Virus record (IMG/VR): IMGVR_UViG_3300033067_000944
Span: 1-63,122 of that record
Length of the DNA: 63,122 nt
DNA from: a virus
Taxonomy: Duplodnaviria; Caudoviricetes
Direction: 5' to 3' (one strand)
In this document: positions 46,219 through 56,102 of the stretch, piece after piece
Layout: every line of letters starts with the position of its first letter
Position numbering within the stretch: the stretch's first letter is position 1
Program-made: the position numbers and the translations under genes
The notes under the pieces: model-generated
What the model saw: the letters and a program-made list of their open reading frames with translations, nothing else
What the model was told of the DNA's origin: nothing
The model's database searches: none

Positions 46219-47286
46219 ATGTCTACGGCAGCCATCATCCCGATTCGTGAGACGAAGCCTCTGCTTATGCTCGCCGAGGTTCGGGACGCATTGGCGGAAG
46301 TCGTGAGCATCGGTGACGCACTGCCTCTCATTAGCAAGGCGGAAGCGTTGCGGGTGTGCTGCCGCAAGGCTGGACTGTCGGTCGAGATTCAGAATCAAGC
46401 AACTGAGGTCAAGTTGCGGTGCGAGCGTGAAGCCGGACGGTTAATTCGTCTCGGTCAAGAGTGCGGTGAAATCTCTACAAGAGGTGGCGACAGAGCAAAC
46501 TTCCACGATGGAAGTTTGAAACTAGACGACATTGGAATTACGCACAAGCAGTCCCATCGATGGCAACGCCTCAACGCAATCGACGCCGAACAATTCGAGG
46601 AAGAATTGGAATTATTCCACGAGTCCGACCGCGAGATTACCACAGCCCACTTCCTGAAACTTGCAGCACGCCAAAGTGCCAACGAAGAAGAGTCGGAAGA
46701 GTCGTCTGCGATTGGCGGCGATGTTGTAGCGAACCTGCAAGAGCTAATAGACGCAGGAAGGAAGTTTCGCACCGTCTACGCCGACCCTCCGTGGCGGTAT
46801 GGCAATCAGGCTACCCGTGCGTCAACGGATAACCACTATCAGACCATGACGGTGGACGAGATTTGCGCTGAGCCAGTATCGCAACTGCTTGAGGACAATG
46901 CGCACCTTCACTTGTGGACAACCAACGCGTTCCTGTTCGAGTCCAAGCGAGTACTAGAGGCGTGGGGGTTCGAGTACAAGTCGTGTTTCATCTGGTGCAA
47001 AAAGCAGATGGGAATTGGCAACTACTGGCGGCTGAGTCACGAGTTCCTAATTCTTGGCGTGCGTGGCAGCCAGCGATTCCGCGACAAATCCCTGATGAGT
47101 TGGCTCGAAACGGAAAGCAGCGTTGCAATCACTGACCGAACCAAGCACAGCCAGAAGCCGCGTGCGGTTCGCCTCATGGTCGAGAAGGCAAGCAGGGGAC
47201 CATACCTAGAAATGTACGGACGCGAAGCGATGCCCGACTCGCCGTGGACTGTGTACGGAAACCAAGTTGGCAAACGGATGTTCTAG
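46219..47286 (+). CDS. MT-A70 family adenine methyltransferase
   Basis: ADPPW, HLWTT, WGFEYKS, HSQKP, LEMYGR. Confidence 0.9.
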   Translation: MSTAAIIPIRETKPLLMLAEVRDALAEVVSIGDALPLISKAEALRVCCRKAGLSVEIQNQATEVKLRCEREAGRLIRLGQECGEISTRGGDRANFHDGSLKLDDIGITHKQSHRWQRLNAIDAEQFEEELELFHESDREITTAHFLKLAARQSANEEESEESSAIGGDVVANLQELIDAGRKFRTVYADPPWRYGNQATRASTDNHYQTMTVDEICAEPVSQLLEDNAHLHLWTTNAFLFESKRVLEAWGFEYKSCFIWCKKQMGIGNYWRLSHEFLILGVRGSQRFRDKSLMSWLETESSVAITDRTKHSQKPRAVRLMVEKASRGPYLEMYGREAMPDSPWTVYGNQVGKRMF

Positions 47287-47288
47287 AA

Positions 47289-47894
47289 GTGACCGACACG
47301 GAAGTTAAAAAGCTACTACTGACCGCATCCGACAACGAACTCGGCAACTTTGGCGAGCGTCTGTGGTCGCGTGTTTTTGAATCTTCGTCAGTGAACTACA
47401 TACCGCTTAGCCAGATATCCAACGGCGGGGCACCAAAGATTCAATGTAAAGGCAATGGAACCGTTCTGCCCGACTTCGACGTGGCATGTGGAAGGTGGAC
47501 GGCATACATAGATTCCAAGTGCAAAACCCAAAGCGTGCTTTTCAGGAAGAAAAATCAAGTTAGGCACGGAATAGATCGTCGCATCTGGGCTGAGTATCAA
47601 AAGGCAGGGCTGACTTACAGGAAAGAATGCGCTATCGCTGTCCTTGAGTTACTGGACCACGAGGGTAAGTGGTCCGGGGAAATCATGATCGAAACACTTC
47701 GAGAACTCGGCGAACCGTTCGCCGGCGAGAGCAATCAAAGGCACATGGTTTACTGGCCTAAGAAAGCCTTTCGCAACTTGCATTCGTTTACTCCGTGCGA
47801 ACTCTGGAATGCGTACAAGGGCGTGGGTGTTCCTTCGTTTGCGCCAGAACTAGACCTCGTGTTTAACCGCAAGAGTCAAGGCGGTTTGTTTTAA
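47289..47894 (+). CDS. Putative PD-(D/E)XK endonuclease
   Basis: LPDFD...IDSKCK; follows the methyltransferase. Confidence 0.6.
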   Translation: MTDTEVKKLLLTASDNELGNFGERLWSRVFESSSVNYIPLSQISNGGAPKIQCKGNGTVLPDFDVACGRWTAYIDSKCKTQSVLFRKKNQVRHGIDRRIWAEYQKAGLTYRKECAIAVLELLDHEGKWSGEIMIETLRELGEPFAGESNQRHMVYWPKKAFRNLHSFTPCELWNAYKGVGVPSFAPELDLVFNRKSQGGLF

Positions 47895-47921
47895 CCACCA
47901 CCACCATAGGAACGGAATCCC

Positions 47922-48116
47922 ATGTTTGAAATCATCCTATTTCTCTCGGCCCTGTTGAACCTGACCTTAATCGCCATGCTGCTAACCGACCGACCAGCAT
48001 CGCCGCTAACCGGCATCGCCTGGCACGAGACGACGAGGCGAACGGTAATCAACGCACAGTTTCGCAGGCTACCGGAATGCGGCGTCGGCTACCTGATCGA
48101 GAACGAAAGGAACTAA
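47922..48116 (+). CDS. Small membrane protein
   Basis: N-terminal hydrophobic helix. Confidence 0.5.
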   Translation: MFEIILFLSALLNLTLIAMLLTDRPASPLTGIAWHETTRRTVINAQFRRLPECGVGYLIENERN

Positions 48117-48118
48117 GC

Positions 48119-48376
48119 GTGACGGATCACGAGATTGCACGGTTTATAAAGAAGCGGAGAACAGTCAGGGAATTGGTGGCGGTTAAGGCTTTGCCAATGA
48201 CACAGCGGGAAGTTGGCTTGCATCTTGGCATCAGCTACCAGCGTGTTCAGCAGATCGAACGCAAAGCACTGCGAAAGCTGATGAAAAGCATAAGCATGGC
48301 GAACATCAATCGTCGGCACTGGGAAACCATCGCCGACGCGGAGGATGAACATCACCGAAGGAATCGTGTGATGTAG
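48119..48376 (+). CDS. Stand-alone sigma-70 region 4 HTH protein
   Basis: MTQREVGLHLGISYQRVQQIERKALRKL. Confidence 0.8.
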   Translation: MTDHEIARFIKKRRTVRELVAVKALPMTQREVGLHLGISYQRVQQIERKALRKLMKSISMANINRRHWETIADAEDEHHRRNRVM

Positions 48377-48672
48377 TGCATGGACGCAGCGACGGATCGC
48401 AAACCAGTGTGAAGAGGCACTACACCCCGGCAGAGCGATGGATGCCGAGCCGGGATTTTCAATCGAAGGGAAACAACGATGCAGTCAAGGAAGCTATTTA
48501 TTTGTGTGGTCGAGATCGAGAACATGCACCGAGTTTACTGCGGGCGCTCGCTGTCGCTGGCGGCAATTCGCCTTGAACCTGGAACGTGCTACGGATGGGG
48601 CGATAACCACCACGAGGCATTGACCGCTGGCATGGATGAGGCATTGGCGTTCAGGAAGAACGGAAGCAAGTA

Positions 48673-49023
48673 ATGTCCACCTACTACCCGATGCGACCGA
48701 TTCCCGCGTTGAATCTTCCGGCTCCCGAACTGGCTGTGGACGCACCGGTCATTCACGACCGGCACATGGACCTCGATATCAACGACTACGAATTCGAGAC
48801 GCCCGCGATGATGGCGAGCTTTACCCTGCGGAAGCTGGTTATCGGCGAAGGTGTCGAGTGCGAATCGGTCACGCTCAAGGATTGCAGTATCTACTTCGGC
48901 AAGACCGAGATTGTGATTGACGGCGTTGAAAGCCTGATTCGCATCGAGCGGTGGATTCGTGACGAGTTGGAGCGGAACGCGGAATTTCGGCAGGATGTTC
49001 GCGACAAGGCTTTTGACGCCTAA
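48673..49023 (+). CDS. Hypothetical protein
   Basis: TAATG coupling; acidic. Confidence 0.55.
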   Translation: MSTYYPMRPIPALNLPAPELAVDAPVIHDRHMDLDINDYEFETPAMMASFTLRKLVIGEGVECESVTLKDCSIYFGKTEIVIDGVESLIRIERWIRDELERNAEFRQDVRDKAFDA

Positions 49024-49040
49024 CCCAAAGAAGGAAAACA

Positions 49041-49916
49041 ATGGCAACCGAACTAGAACCAGTTCCGCCAACACCAATCGCCAACGGTCGAATCTCGACC
49101 GATCTTCGCTCCGTGTCAATGTCCGCCAGCGTTGAGGATATGCAAGCAGCATTGTCTGAGTACGCGGCACGCCGGGTAGCGTTTCGTGACTGGCTTCTGT
49201 CGAACATGATCGAGGGAATCCATTACGGATACCCGCCCGGATGCGAGCCAAAACTAGACGATTCCGGCAACGTCGGCGTGTGGGATTCTCGCAAGAGCCA
49301 ATACAAGTGGTATCCAAAAACGCAGTGGACCGCGAAGAAATGCCTGTACAAGGCCGGTGCGGACTTCATTTGCGACCTGATGGGGATTAGGGACGAGTAT
49401 CACGCCGACATGGAAGCGCACGCCCAGATTGGATCGCCGACCGACACGTTCGTATTCTCGTGCAAGCTCATTTCGCGGAGCAACGGGGAGCTAATCGGCG
49501 AAGGTCGCGGCGTTCGCAAGATCGGCCAGAAGGGCGGCGATGCGAATAACGCCATCAAGATGGCAAAAAAGAGCGCCAAGGTTGATGCGGTTCTGAGCGC
49601 CTATGGCTTGGCCGACCTGTTTACCCAAGACCTGGAAGATGCCATCCCACCAGCCACGCACATTAACCCGCAGCCACGCGAAGATGCTCCACAAGCGGCA
49701 GCCCGCGCTGCCCGCGTCACGCTCGACGAAATCAAGGCGGCGTTGAACAACTGGAAGTCGATCCGGCACGACGCGGTAGCCACGAAAGCCGACTGGGCAA
49801 AGTGGGTGCGTGAAACCGTGGGACGCGAATTCGATGAATCCAAGATCACGCAATGGACGCGCGACGACATGAGCAAAGTGTCGGCAGCCATCGAAAAGGA
49901 GTTGGTGAATGTATAG
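49041..49916 (+). CDS. Putative ssDNA-annealing recombinase
   Basis: LYKAGADF...NNAIKMAKK..VDAVL...DLFTQDLED; upstream of an exonuclease and an SSB-like gene. Confidence 0.6.
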   Translation: MATELEPVPPTPIANGRISTDLRSVSMSASVEDMQAALSEYAARRVAFRDWLLSNMIEGIHYGYPPGCEPKLDDSGNVGVWDSRKSQYKWYPKTQWTAKKCLYKAGADFICDLMGIRDEYHADMEAHAQIGSPTDTFVFSCKLISRSNGELIGEGRGVRKIGQKGGDANNAIKMAKKSAKVDAVLSAYGLADLFTQDLEDAIPPATHINPQPREDAPQAAARAARVTLDEIKAALNNWKSIRHDAVATKADWAKWVRETVGREFDESKITQWTRDDMSKVSAAIEKELVNV

Positions 49917-50970
49917 CGACGAAACATTGGCGGCATTCGTTGACCTGGAAGATGCGAAGCTCGTCACGACCGACCGTTCGACCCTGGAACGGTTCTCAGT
50001 CTGCCCGGCCCAGGCGTTATTCGTCGAAGCCGGATTGACCAATAACAATTCATTTCTGGCTGCGACCGGAGAAGAGATTCATTCGGCGTTCGGCAAGGCA
50101 ATCACCGACTACATCAACGACGATGGTTCGTATTCTCCCGGTGACTTGGCGGAACGTGCCGACTACTACCTGAAACATTCGAGGCCCGACGTACAGCCGG
50201 AAGTGATTAAGGCGTCACGGGCGATGGTCTGGGACTGGTCGAAACTGATAGCGTCGATGCACCCCGCGAACATTCTGCGATATGACGGCGGCGAATCCGA
50301 CTATTCCGGCCAGCTATCGTGGGACTTGAAAGACCTTGGTATCCGCGTCACTTCTGAACTCGACCTGTTATTCGCTGGACCGTCCAAGCAGCTATTGCAC
50401 GAAGCCGATTACAAGACCGGCTACAAGGTGCATTCGAGTACATCGGTTCGTGATTCGTTCCAGTTCCAGGTCCATGCCTGGCTGGTACTGAATAACTATC
50501 CCGACGTTGAAGGTCTGGAAGTTCGCGTCTGGAATACCCGGTCGCGGCGGCTGTCGTTCGGCGTTGAATTCGAGCGAAAAGACCTCGGGACATTCGACAG
50601 CCGAATTCGGACGACCGCCGAAATCATGCTCAAGCATCGCGGTATGCTGCCGACGATGGCCGAGACGTGGCCGACTGTCGAGAAGTGCGGATTCTGCCCG
50701 GCTGCCGTGATGTGCCCTGTGAGTGGTCAGTCTACGCAACTAATCGAGGATAACCCCGGCCTGTTTGTCGATCAGCTTGTGGCTGCCGAGGCACGCGTTA
50801 CAGCGATGCGGAAGATGGCGAGCCAGTACGTATCGAAAACCGGCAAAGACATCGTGAGCGAGGCGGGGAACGCCTTTGGGATCGGCAAGCCCAGGACAGC
50901 ACGGGCGCCAACGAAAGCAACCTACTCGGTCGAGGCGACTGAGGATGAAACCGAAACGGAGAGCGAGTAA
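49909..50970 (+). CDS. PD-(D/E)XK (RecB/Cas4-like) exonuclease
   Basis: CP, ELDLL...DYKTG, CGFCP...C. Confidence 0.8.
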   Translation: MYSDETLAAFVDLEDAKLVTTDRSTLERFSVCPAQALFVEAGLTNNNSFLAATGEEIHSAFGKAITDYINDDGSYSPGDLAERADYYLKHSRPDVQPEVIKASRAMVWDWSKLIASMHPANILRYDGGESDYSGQLSWDLKDLGIRVTSELDLLFAGPSKQLLHEADYKTGYKVHSSTSVRDSFQFQVHAWLVLNNYPDVEGLEVRVWNTRSRRLSFGVEFERKDLGTFDSRIRTTAEIMLKHRGMLPTMAETWPTVEKCGFCPAAVMCPVSGQSTQLIEDNPGLFVDQLVAAEARVTAMRKMASQYVSKTGKDIVSEAGNAFGIGKPRTARAPTKATYSVEATEDETETESE

Positions 50971-51215
50971 TGGCCGACGAAAAGATTCGACTGGGCGGAT
51001 TGTGGGCGAGCAAGATGAAAGACGGAACCGAATACCTGTCTGGGAATCTTGGTCAGGCTCGCTTGATGATCTTCCCGAACGGATTTGCGAAGGGCGACAA
51101 CGATCCGACGCACATCATGTACATCGTGGCGCAGAAACCGAAGGACGGAGACAAGCCGGCTGGTGCGAAGCCGGCGACGAAGCGAACGCCAGCGAACGAC
51201 GATGTTCCTTGGTAA
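50970..51215 (+). CDS. Small SSB-like protein
   Basis: GGLW...YLSG; acidic tail DDVPW. Confidence 0.6.
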   Translation: MADEKIRLGGLWASKMKDGTEYLSGNLGQARLMIFPNGFAKGDNDPTHIMYIVAQKPKDGDKPAGAKPATKRTPANDDVPW

Positions 51216-51270
51216 TGACCTGCGATCCCCTCGGCAGCATCGGGAGGCGTCACCGACTGTCGGGGTTTAT

Positions 51271-51342
51271 GCGTGAATTGGATGGCAGGCGAATACCGCA
51301 AGACTATTGGCCTGACCGCTCGGTTCGATTCCGGCTCACGCT
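51271..51342 (+). ncRNA. tRNA-like RNA lacking a D-stem
   Basis: GCGTGA/TCACGC acceptor stem, CGG-TTCGATT-CCG T-arm, long central arm. Confidence 0.45.
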
Positions 51343-51381
51343 CTTTTTGTACCAGTGTTTTAATCAACGAAAGGAATCTCA

Positions 51382-52011
51382 ATGGCAACCGACGTAGCCG
51401 AAGAAGTCGCCGAAGAAACAGAAACCGAAGTGGTCGAGACGGCTGAGCCAGCCATCGCACCGGTCGCGGAGACGCCAGCCGAACCGAGTGAACACGACAC
51501 GCTTGAGGCAATCATTACGCAAGCGCAGAAAGTAACCGGCTTGCGCAACGAGTACGAAGATGCAGAGGCCGAAGCGAAGGAAGCCAAGGAAGTGGCCAAG
51601 GCTGCCAAGACTCGCTGGGAAGGCCAAGCTATCGCCCTGGAGCGGCTTATTCTCGGCAAGAACGAAACGCTGCCACTGTTCGACAAGAAAGAGCCGATTG
51701 GCGAAGTGACTCCCAAAGACGAGTCGTGGCGCGAAGTGAAAATCGAAGTTCTTGAATTGCCGCACGGGCTGATTGGCAAACTCTACGAAGCGAACATTGA
51801 AACGCTGGGGCAGCTTGCCGATTACACGCTCCCGCAGAATGGCAATAAGCGACTAACCGACATCACTGGCGTAGGCCCTGGTGCAGTCGAGAAGATCGAA
51901 GCGGCGACAACGCAATTCTGGGCGACATACCAACAGCCAGGAGCGGGGACAACGGAACTCAAAGAAGAGATTGCCGACGCCTTTCGTGAGGCCGGAATCT
52001 TAGCAAGTTAG
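51382..52011 (+). CDS. Acidic protein with an RNA polymerase alpha-CTD-like domain
   Basis: IEVLEL....GKLYEANIETLGQL...LTDITGVG.GAVEKIE. Confidence 0.7.
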   Translation: MATDVAEEVAEETETEVVETAEPAIAPVAETPAEPSEHDTLEAIITQAQKVTGLRNEYEDAEAEAKEAKEVAKAAKTRWEGQAIALERLILGKNETLPLFDKKEPIGEVTPKDESWREVKIEVLELPHGLIGKLYEANIETLGQLADYTLPQNGNKRLTDITGVGPGAVEKIEAATTQFWATYQQPGAGTTELKEEIADAFREAGILAS

Positions 52012-52057
52012 CAAGCAGCCCACCCAGACAGTTGCGTGTCTGTGAGGGAATGATTGG

Positions 52058-52104
52058 CCGCCTAGTGCCCGACAGCTTGTGGCCTAGGGCTAGGCGGTTT
52101 TTTT
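52058..52104 (+). terminator. Rho-independent terminator
   Basis: CCGCCTAG/CTAGGCGG then T7. Confidence 0.75.
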
Positions 52105-52119
52105 GACAAGGAAGTTGAC

Positions 52120-52317
52120 ATGTCAAACGCTTTCGACGAACGCCGCTTACTCGACCCAAGCGGATTGATAGATGACCTGGTGCAACAGACATCGGCCCAG
52201 GCGAAGCGAATCCATGACATGCGAGGCGATATGGAATGCTCGCTAGAGGCGGTCGAACTGTCAATCGTGGAACTAACAAAAGCCAAGGAAGCTTTAACTA
52301 ACGCTCTGGCTATTTAA
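52120..52317 (+). CDS. Hypothetical protein
   Basis: AAGGAA RBS. Confidence 0.55.
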   Translation: MSNAFDERRLLDPSGLIDDLVQQTSAQAKRIHDMRGDMECSLEAVELSIVELTKAKEALTNALAI

Positions 52318-52349
52318 CCAGACACAACCATCAAGAATGGAGTCTTGAA

Positions 52350-52619
52350 ATGCTCGTGTTATCGAGAGCCAAAGGCGAAGGAATCCTAGTCGGCGAGACG
52401 GTTCTGATCGTCGTCACCGCGATCCACGCTCACGACGTGCGTATAGGAATCCAGGCACCGCATGACGTGCCGATTCACCGCTCAGAAGTCGTTGAACGCA
52501 TCATTGCCAACGGTGGCAGGCTCAACGAGCAGGGCGAGTTAATCGAGCGTTCGCGGCAGGATTTGATGGCGGAGATTCAATCGCTCAAGGGGCAGTTGGC
52601 TTTGGCTACGAAGCGATAG
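52350..52619 (+). CDS. csrA: Carbon storage regulator CsrA homolog
   Basis: MLVLSR..GE.I.VG...VRIGIQAP.DV.IHRSEV. Confidence 0.92.
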   Translation: MLVLSRAKGEGILVGETVLIVVTAIHAHDVRIGIQAPHDVPIHRSEVVERIIANGGRLNEQGELIERSRQDLMAEIQSLKGQLALATKR

Positions 52620-52696
52620 CGAATCAGGACACTTGTGCCACGGCGGCACGCGGGAAACCGCAGGGACGAAGAACGGATTTATTAGGATGTTAGCCG

Positions 52697-53542
52697 ATGG
52701 CCGGTGACTGGATGCAGGTTGACCTAGACCTACCTGAAAAAGTGCAGGTTCATGCAATCCTCGATGAGACGGAATTGCCAATCGACGTTGTGTGCGGTCG
52801 CATTGTTCTGTTCTGGCGATGGGTTGAGCGTCATGTAACTGACGGATTTAAGCCTGGTGCTACGGTTCGCAGTCTCATTCGAGCGGCTGGTGGCGACGAA
52901 TCATTCTGGCTAGCCGTTTCAAAATCAGGATGGCTTTGCATCGAACCGGACGGTTTGAGGATTCCAGATTGGGAAAAACGCTTTTCCAAGGCGTCAAAAC
53001 AGCGAATTGTAAATGCAAGGCGTCAAGCAGTTTACAGAAATAGTAACGCTGACAGTAACGCTGCACGTAACGGTCGTGTCACGCTCGACGTAACGCAAGA
53101 AACGCTTGCTGGTAACGCACCACCGTTACCTAAAGAAGAGTTAAGTATAGAAGAGTTAAGTAAAGCTAAGAGTCCTTCGGACTCTTTAAAGAGCGATCCG
53201 GTCATTGAACGGCGTACGCTGGAATTCATCTACGACGCCATCGACATGGATCTCGCAACCGAATTCTTCCAGTCGGTTCAGTCGATGCTCCCGAATTCCA
53301 AGTTTCCCGTAATGGTGCAATGGGCGGCGGAGTTCAAGGCCATGCGGACGAAAGACCCGCCCGACCGGAACCCAGAGAACATTCGGGAGATGTTCGCTTG
53401 GGCGCATTGCGACGATTTCTGGCGGCAGGCTGTTCTGACTCCAATGTCGCTGAGGAAAAACTGGGACGCGATCACGATGCGGCGAGATCAAGCCGCTAAC
53501 GCATCAAGCAAAGAACTAAACGCACTAATCGACGATTTTTAG
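52697..53542 (+). CDS. Phage replication initiator
   Basis: MAGDW...G.IV.FW.W; DDFWR...L.P.SLRK.WD; internal iterons. Confidence 0.8.
   Translation: MAGDWMQVDLDLPEKVQVHAILDETELPIDVVCGRIVLFWRWVERHVTDGFKPGATVRSLIRAAGGDESFWLAVSKSGWLCIEPDGLRIPDWEKRFSKASKQRIVNARRQAVYRNSNADSNAARNGRVTLDVTQETLAGNAPPLPKEELSIEELSKAKSPSDSLKSDPVIERRTLEFIYDAIDMDLATEFFQSVQSMLPNSKFPVMVQWAAEFKAMRTKDPPDRNPENIREMFAWAHCDDFWRQAVLTPMSLRKNWDAITMRRDQAANASSKELNALIDDF
53042..53162 (+). repeat. Iterons of the probable replication origin
   Basis: GTAACG at 53043, 53055, 53067, 53090 and 53112, inverted at 53124, then AGAAGAGTTAAGTA x2. Confidence 0.7.
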
Positions 53543-53544
53543 CC

Positions 53545-54213
53545 ATGACCAAAGAACAGTTCCGAGAATGGTTTCAGCATCACGTTGCGGCGTTCCCGTC
53601 GTGCCGTTCGTGGTTGAAGAAATATCCCAAGGACCGCGATGCGAATGCACCGGTCTCGTTTGGGGCCGAGCCGACGCAACGCGAGATCGTAGCGGAGTGG
53701 TTCAGGACTCTCGAAAAGGTGAACTACGAAGATGCGATTCGAGCTACCGACCAGCTTGCACAAAGCGATGAGGATTTTAGTTTTTCTTATGAACGTGCTG
53801 CGGCGAAGGTGCGTAGCATCGCTACCGGGTTCGGTCGTGTTAGAAAGTTTTGCGAGCCGAAACGATTCGATCCGAACACTCCGACGTTCAAGTGCCACTA
53901 CTGCCAAGACAGCGGCAAGGTTCCTGTAGTGTGCCCGTGCTGTGTCGATGTGATGGGCGAAGCGTGGCCGGAAGGACCGCCCGACCATTGGAACGCACAG
54001 CCGATTTGTGCGGAGCCTGCGAAGCGAATTCACATTGGCAGATATTCGGCTGATTGCTTTTGTGCGATAGGTATTCGATTCCATCACAACATTCGATTTG
54101 ATCCCGAGACGGTTTGTTATTTCACCGGTCACAACTGGCAGAGCGTCCGCGATTGGTTCGCGGCCCGCGCGGTGCGGATCGCGGAGTCGAGGAAGTTCAA
54201 GGAGTGGGTATGA
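53545..54213 (+). CDS. Putative helicase loader / replication accessory protein
   Basis: Follows the initiator; W...L....YEDA..A; C-terminal Cys cluster. Confidence 0.5.
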   Translation: MTKEQFREWFQHHVAAFPSCRSWLKKYPKDRDANAPVSFGAEPTQREIVAEWFRTLEKVNYEDAIRATDQLAQSDEDFSFSYERAAAKVRSIATGFGRVRKFCEPKRFDPNTPTFKCHYCQDSGKVPVVCPCCVDVMGEAWPEGPPDHWNAQPICAEPAKRIHIGRYSADCFCAIGIRFHHNIRFDPETVCYFTGHNWQSVRDWFAARAVRIAESRKFKEWV

Positions 54214-54533
54214 GTCTGGATGTCTACCTAAGGCGATTGCAGCCTTCGCTGGTTTACGAAGCGAACATTACGCACAACCTCAACAGCATGGCTGACGAGG
54301 CGGGTATTTACTATCACTTGTGGCGACCAGAAGAAGTTGGCGTCACGAAGGCAGAACAATTGATCGAGCCGCTGACGATTGGACTGGCGCAGTTACGAGC
54401 GGACCCTGAACATTTTAAAAAGTTCAATTCGTCCAACGGATGGGGGATGTACGAGAACTTCGTTCCGTGGGTCGCTAGATACCTCGAAGCATGCCGGGAA
54501 TATCCAGACGCGGACGTGGAGGCTTTTCGGTGA
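54210..54533 (+). CDS. Conserved phage hypothetical protein
   Basis: MSLDVYL...NITHNL..MA...NGWG.YE. Confidence 0.75.
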   Translation: MSLDVYLRRLQPSLVYEANITHNLNSMADEAGIYYHLWRPEEVGVTKAEQLIEPLTIGLAQLRADPEHFKKFNSSNGWGMYENFVPWVARYLEACREYPDADVEAFR

Positions 54534-54898
54534 AACTGCGCCTCCCCTACCCGCCGAGTGCAAACCGCTATTGGCGCAACTTTCGCGGACGCATGGTCGT
54601 CAGCAAGGAAGCGAAAGCGTACAAGGAGTGCGTTTCTCTGCTTGCTTGTGGCGATGGTCCGCTATCGGGACCAGACCCGTTCATCGGACCAGTGCGAGTT
54701 AATATCGACGTGTACAGGCCACGGAAAGCCGGCGACCTCGATAACAAAATAAAAATCCTACTCGATTCGATCCAAGGGGTTTTCATCATCAACGATTCTC
54801 AGGTGCATCACATTGAGGCGCGACTATTCGACGAGCCGAAGCAACACAAGAAGCATAAGCGTGAAGGCTACGTTGAAATCACAATCTCAGCGATCTGA
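54530..54898 (+). CDS. rusA: RusA Holliday junction resolvase
   Basis: LPYPPSANRYWR, DLDNKIK..LD, NDSQV. Confidence 0.9.
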   Translation: MKLRLPYPPSANRYWRNFRGRMVVSKEAKAYKECVSLLACGDGPLSGPDPFIGPVRVNIDVYRPRKAGDLDNKIKILLDSIQGVFIINDSQVHHIEARLFDEPKQHKKHKREGYVEITISAI

Positions 54899-54912
54899 AA
54901 GGTTGGTGCGGG

Positions 54913-55311
54913 ATGGGGAAGGTGGTGGCCAGAAAAACCATTCTCGTCATGTTCGCTTGCAACGACTATCGAAGCGGTAATCCAGCCAATGAACTGTTTG
55001 GAATCCACTTTGGTGACGCGATGACGATCGAGCGGTACATCGTGGATGCGAAAACTAGTTTCTGGGATGGCGGCGGAGAAGTGGTCCACATCGGCCGGAG
55101 GAAGTTTCCGTGTCGCAGTTATCGAAACTGGATTGGCAATTGGTGCTGGGACGGTGCGCAGTTCACGTTGCAGGTTGCGGCCGATCTCGCAAACTACGTT
55201 AAGTCGCTTCGGATTGGAGACACGCAGAAGTTTTGTATCGAGAGTGGTGCGGACGGATTGTTCGATAAATGGAAGTCCGATGAGTTGTTTATCGCAAGCG
55301 ATTTTAAGTAA
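54913..55311 (+). CDS. Hypothetical protein
   Basis: ORF with GNWCWD. Confidence 0.55.
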   Translation: MGKVVARKTILVMFACNDYRSGNPANELFGIHFGDAMTIERYIVDAKTSFWDGGGEVVHIGRRKFPCRSYRNWIGNWCWDGAQFTLQVAADLANYVKSLRIGDTQKFCIESGADGLFDKWKSDELFIASDFK

Positions 55312-55357
55312 CCAACGCAGCCCTAACCCCCTAACCAGCAGCGAAAGGACGTGGTGG

Positions 55358-55585
55358 ATGAAGATCGACAAGATTACTTTCGAGATGGGACGCGACTTCT
55401 ACGCAGTCATGCGGTGTGAACATTGCGACAGCACGCAAGAAAACAAAGCAGGCTATCACGACGCCTATTATCACAACGAAGTGATTCCATCGATGGTCTG
55501 CGAAACGTGCGGACGAACTGGACGCAATCGAGACGGGACGCTTACGCACACCACCCCCACCAGCGAAAGGGCGAGCGATGAGTGA
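55358..55585 (+). CDS. Zn-ribbon protein
   Basis: CEHC...CETC. Confidence 0.65.
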   Translation: MKIDKITFEMGRDFYAVMRCEHCDSTQENKAGYHDAYYHNEVIPSMVCETCGRTGRNRDGTLTHTTPTSERASDE

Positions 55586-55757
55586 GCGTGAAGCAGAGAC
55601 GAAAAGACTGTCGGCAATTCAGGTTTTGAGAAAGATTCCGCCAGATATGACGGTTAGCCAAGCTCTCAAACTACTGAAAGAACGTCAGGACGAATACGAA
55701 GCCAGAATGGATCACGAGGCGTGGATAGAAGACTGTCGGAGTGACCAGGATTATTAA
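55578..55757 (+). CDS. Small hypothetical protein (59 aa, not in ORF track)
   Basis: Starts within a GGCGAGCGATGAGTGA repeat. Confidence 0.55.
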   Translation: MSEREAETKRLSAIQVLRKIPPDMTVSQALKLLKERQDEYEARMDHEAWIEDCRSDQDY

Positions 55758-55779
55758 CTAACTGCCAGTGAGGCGAGCG

Positions 55780-56079
55780 ATGAGTGACGAACGGATTGAA
55801 GAAATCAGGAAGCGATGCGAGCTAGCTACGGCTGGTCCGTGGTTCGCGGATTGCCATCCAGGCGGCATTGCCGGATCGAGGTGCTATCGAGAACTGATTC
55901 GGTCGCAGGCGAGCTACCCGCCTATCACGATTGCCGCACGACCGATGCGTGGAATCGAGTCGGGGTCAAGCAAACAGACATTTAGCGACATGCAGTTCAT
56001 TGCCAACGCCCGGCAGGATATTCCGTACCTGCTCGAACAGATCGCTGAATTAAAGGCGGCTTTGTACTCGATTGAATAA
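55780..56079 (+). CDS. Ead/Ea22-like phage protein
   Basis: ATAGPW...DMQFIANARQDIPYLL. Confidence 0.7.
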   Translation: MSDERIEEIRKRCELATAGPWFADCHPGGIAGSRCYRELIRSQASYPPITIAARPMRGIESGSSKQTFSDMQFIANARQDIPYLLEQIAELKAALYSIE

Positions 56080-56102
56080 CCACCCAGAAAGCGAGGCGAG
56101 CG

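Noticed and set aside
49909-50970. Cas4 of a CRISPR system
   Set aside because: No cas1, cas2 or array; the context is an annealing protein-exonuclease-SSB recombination module
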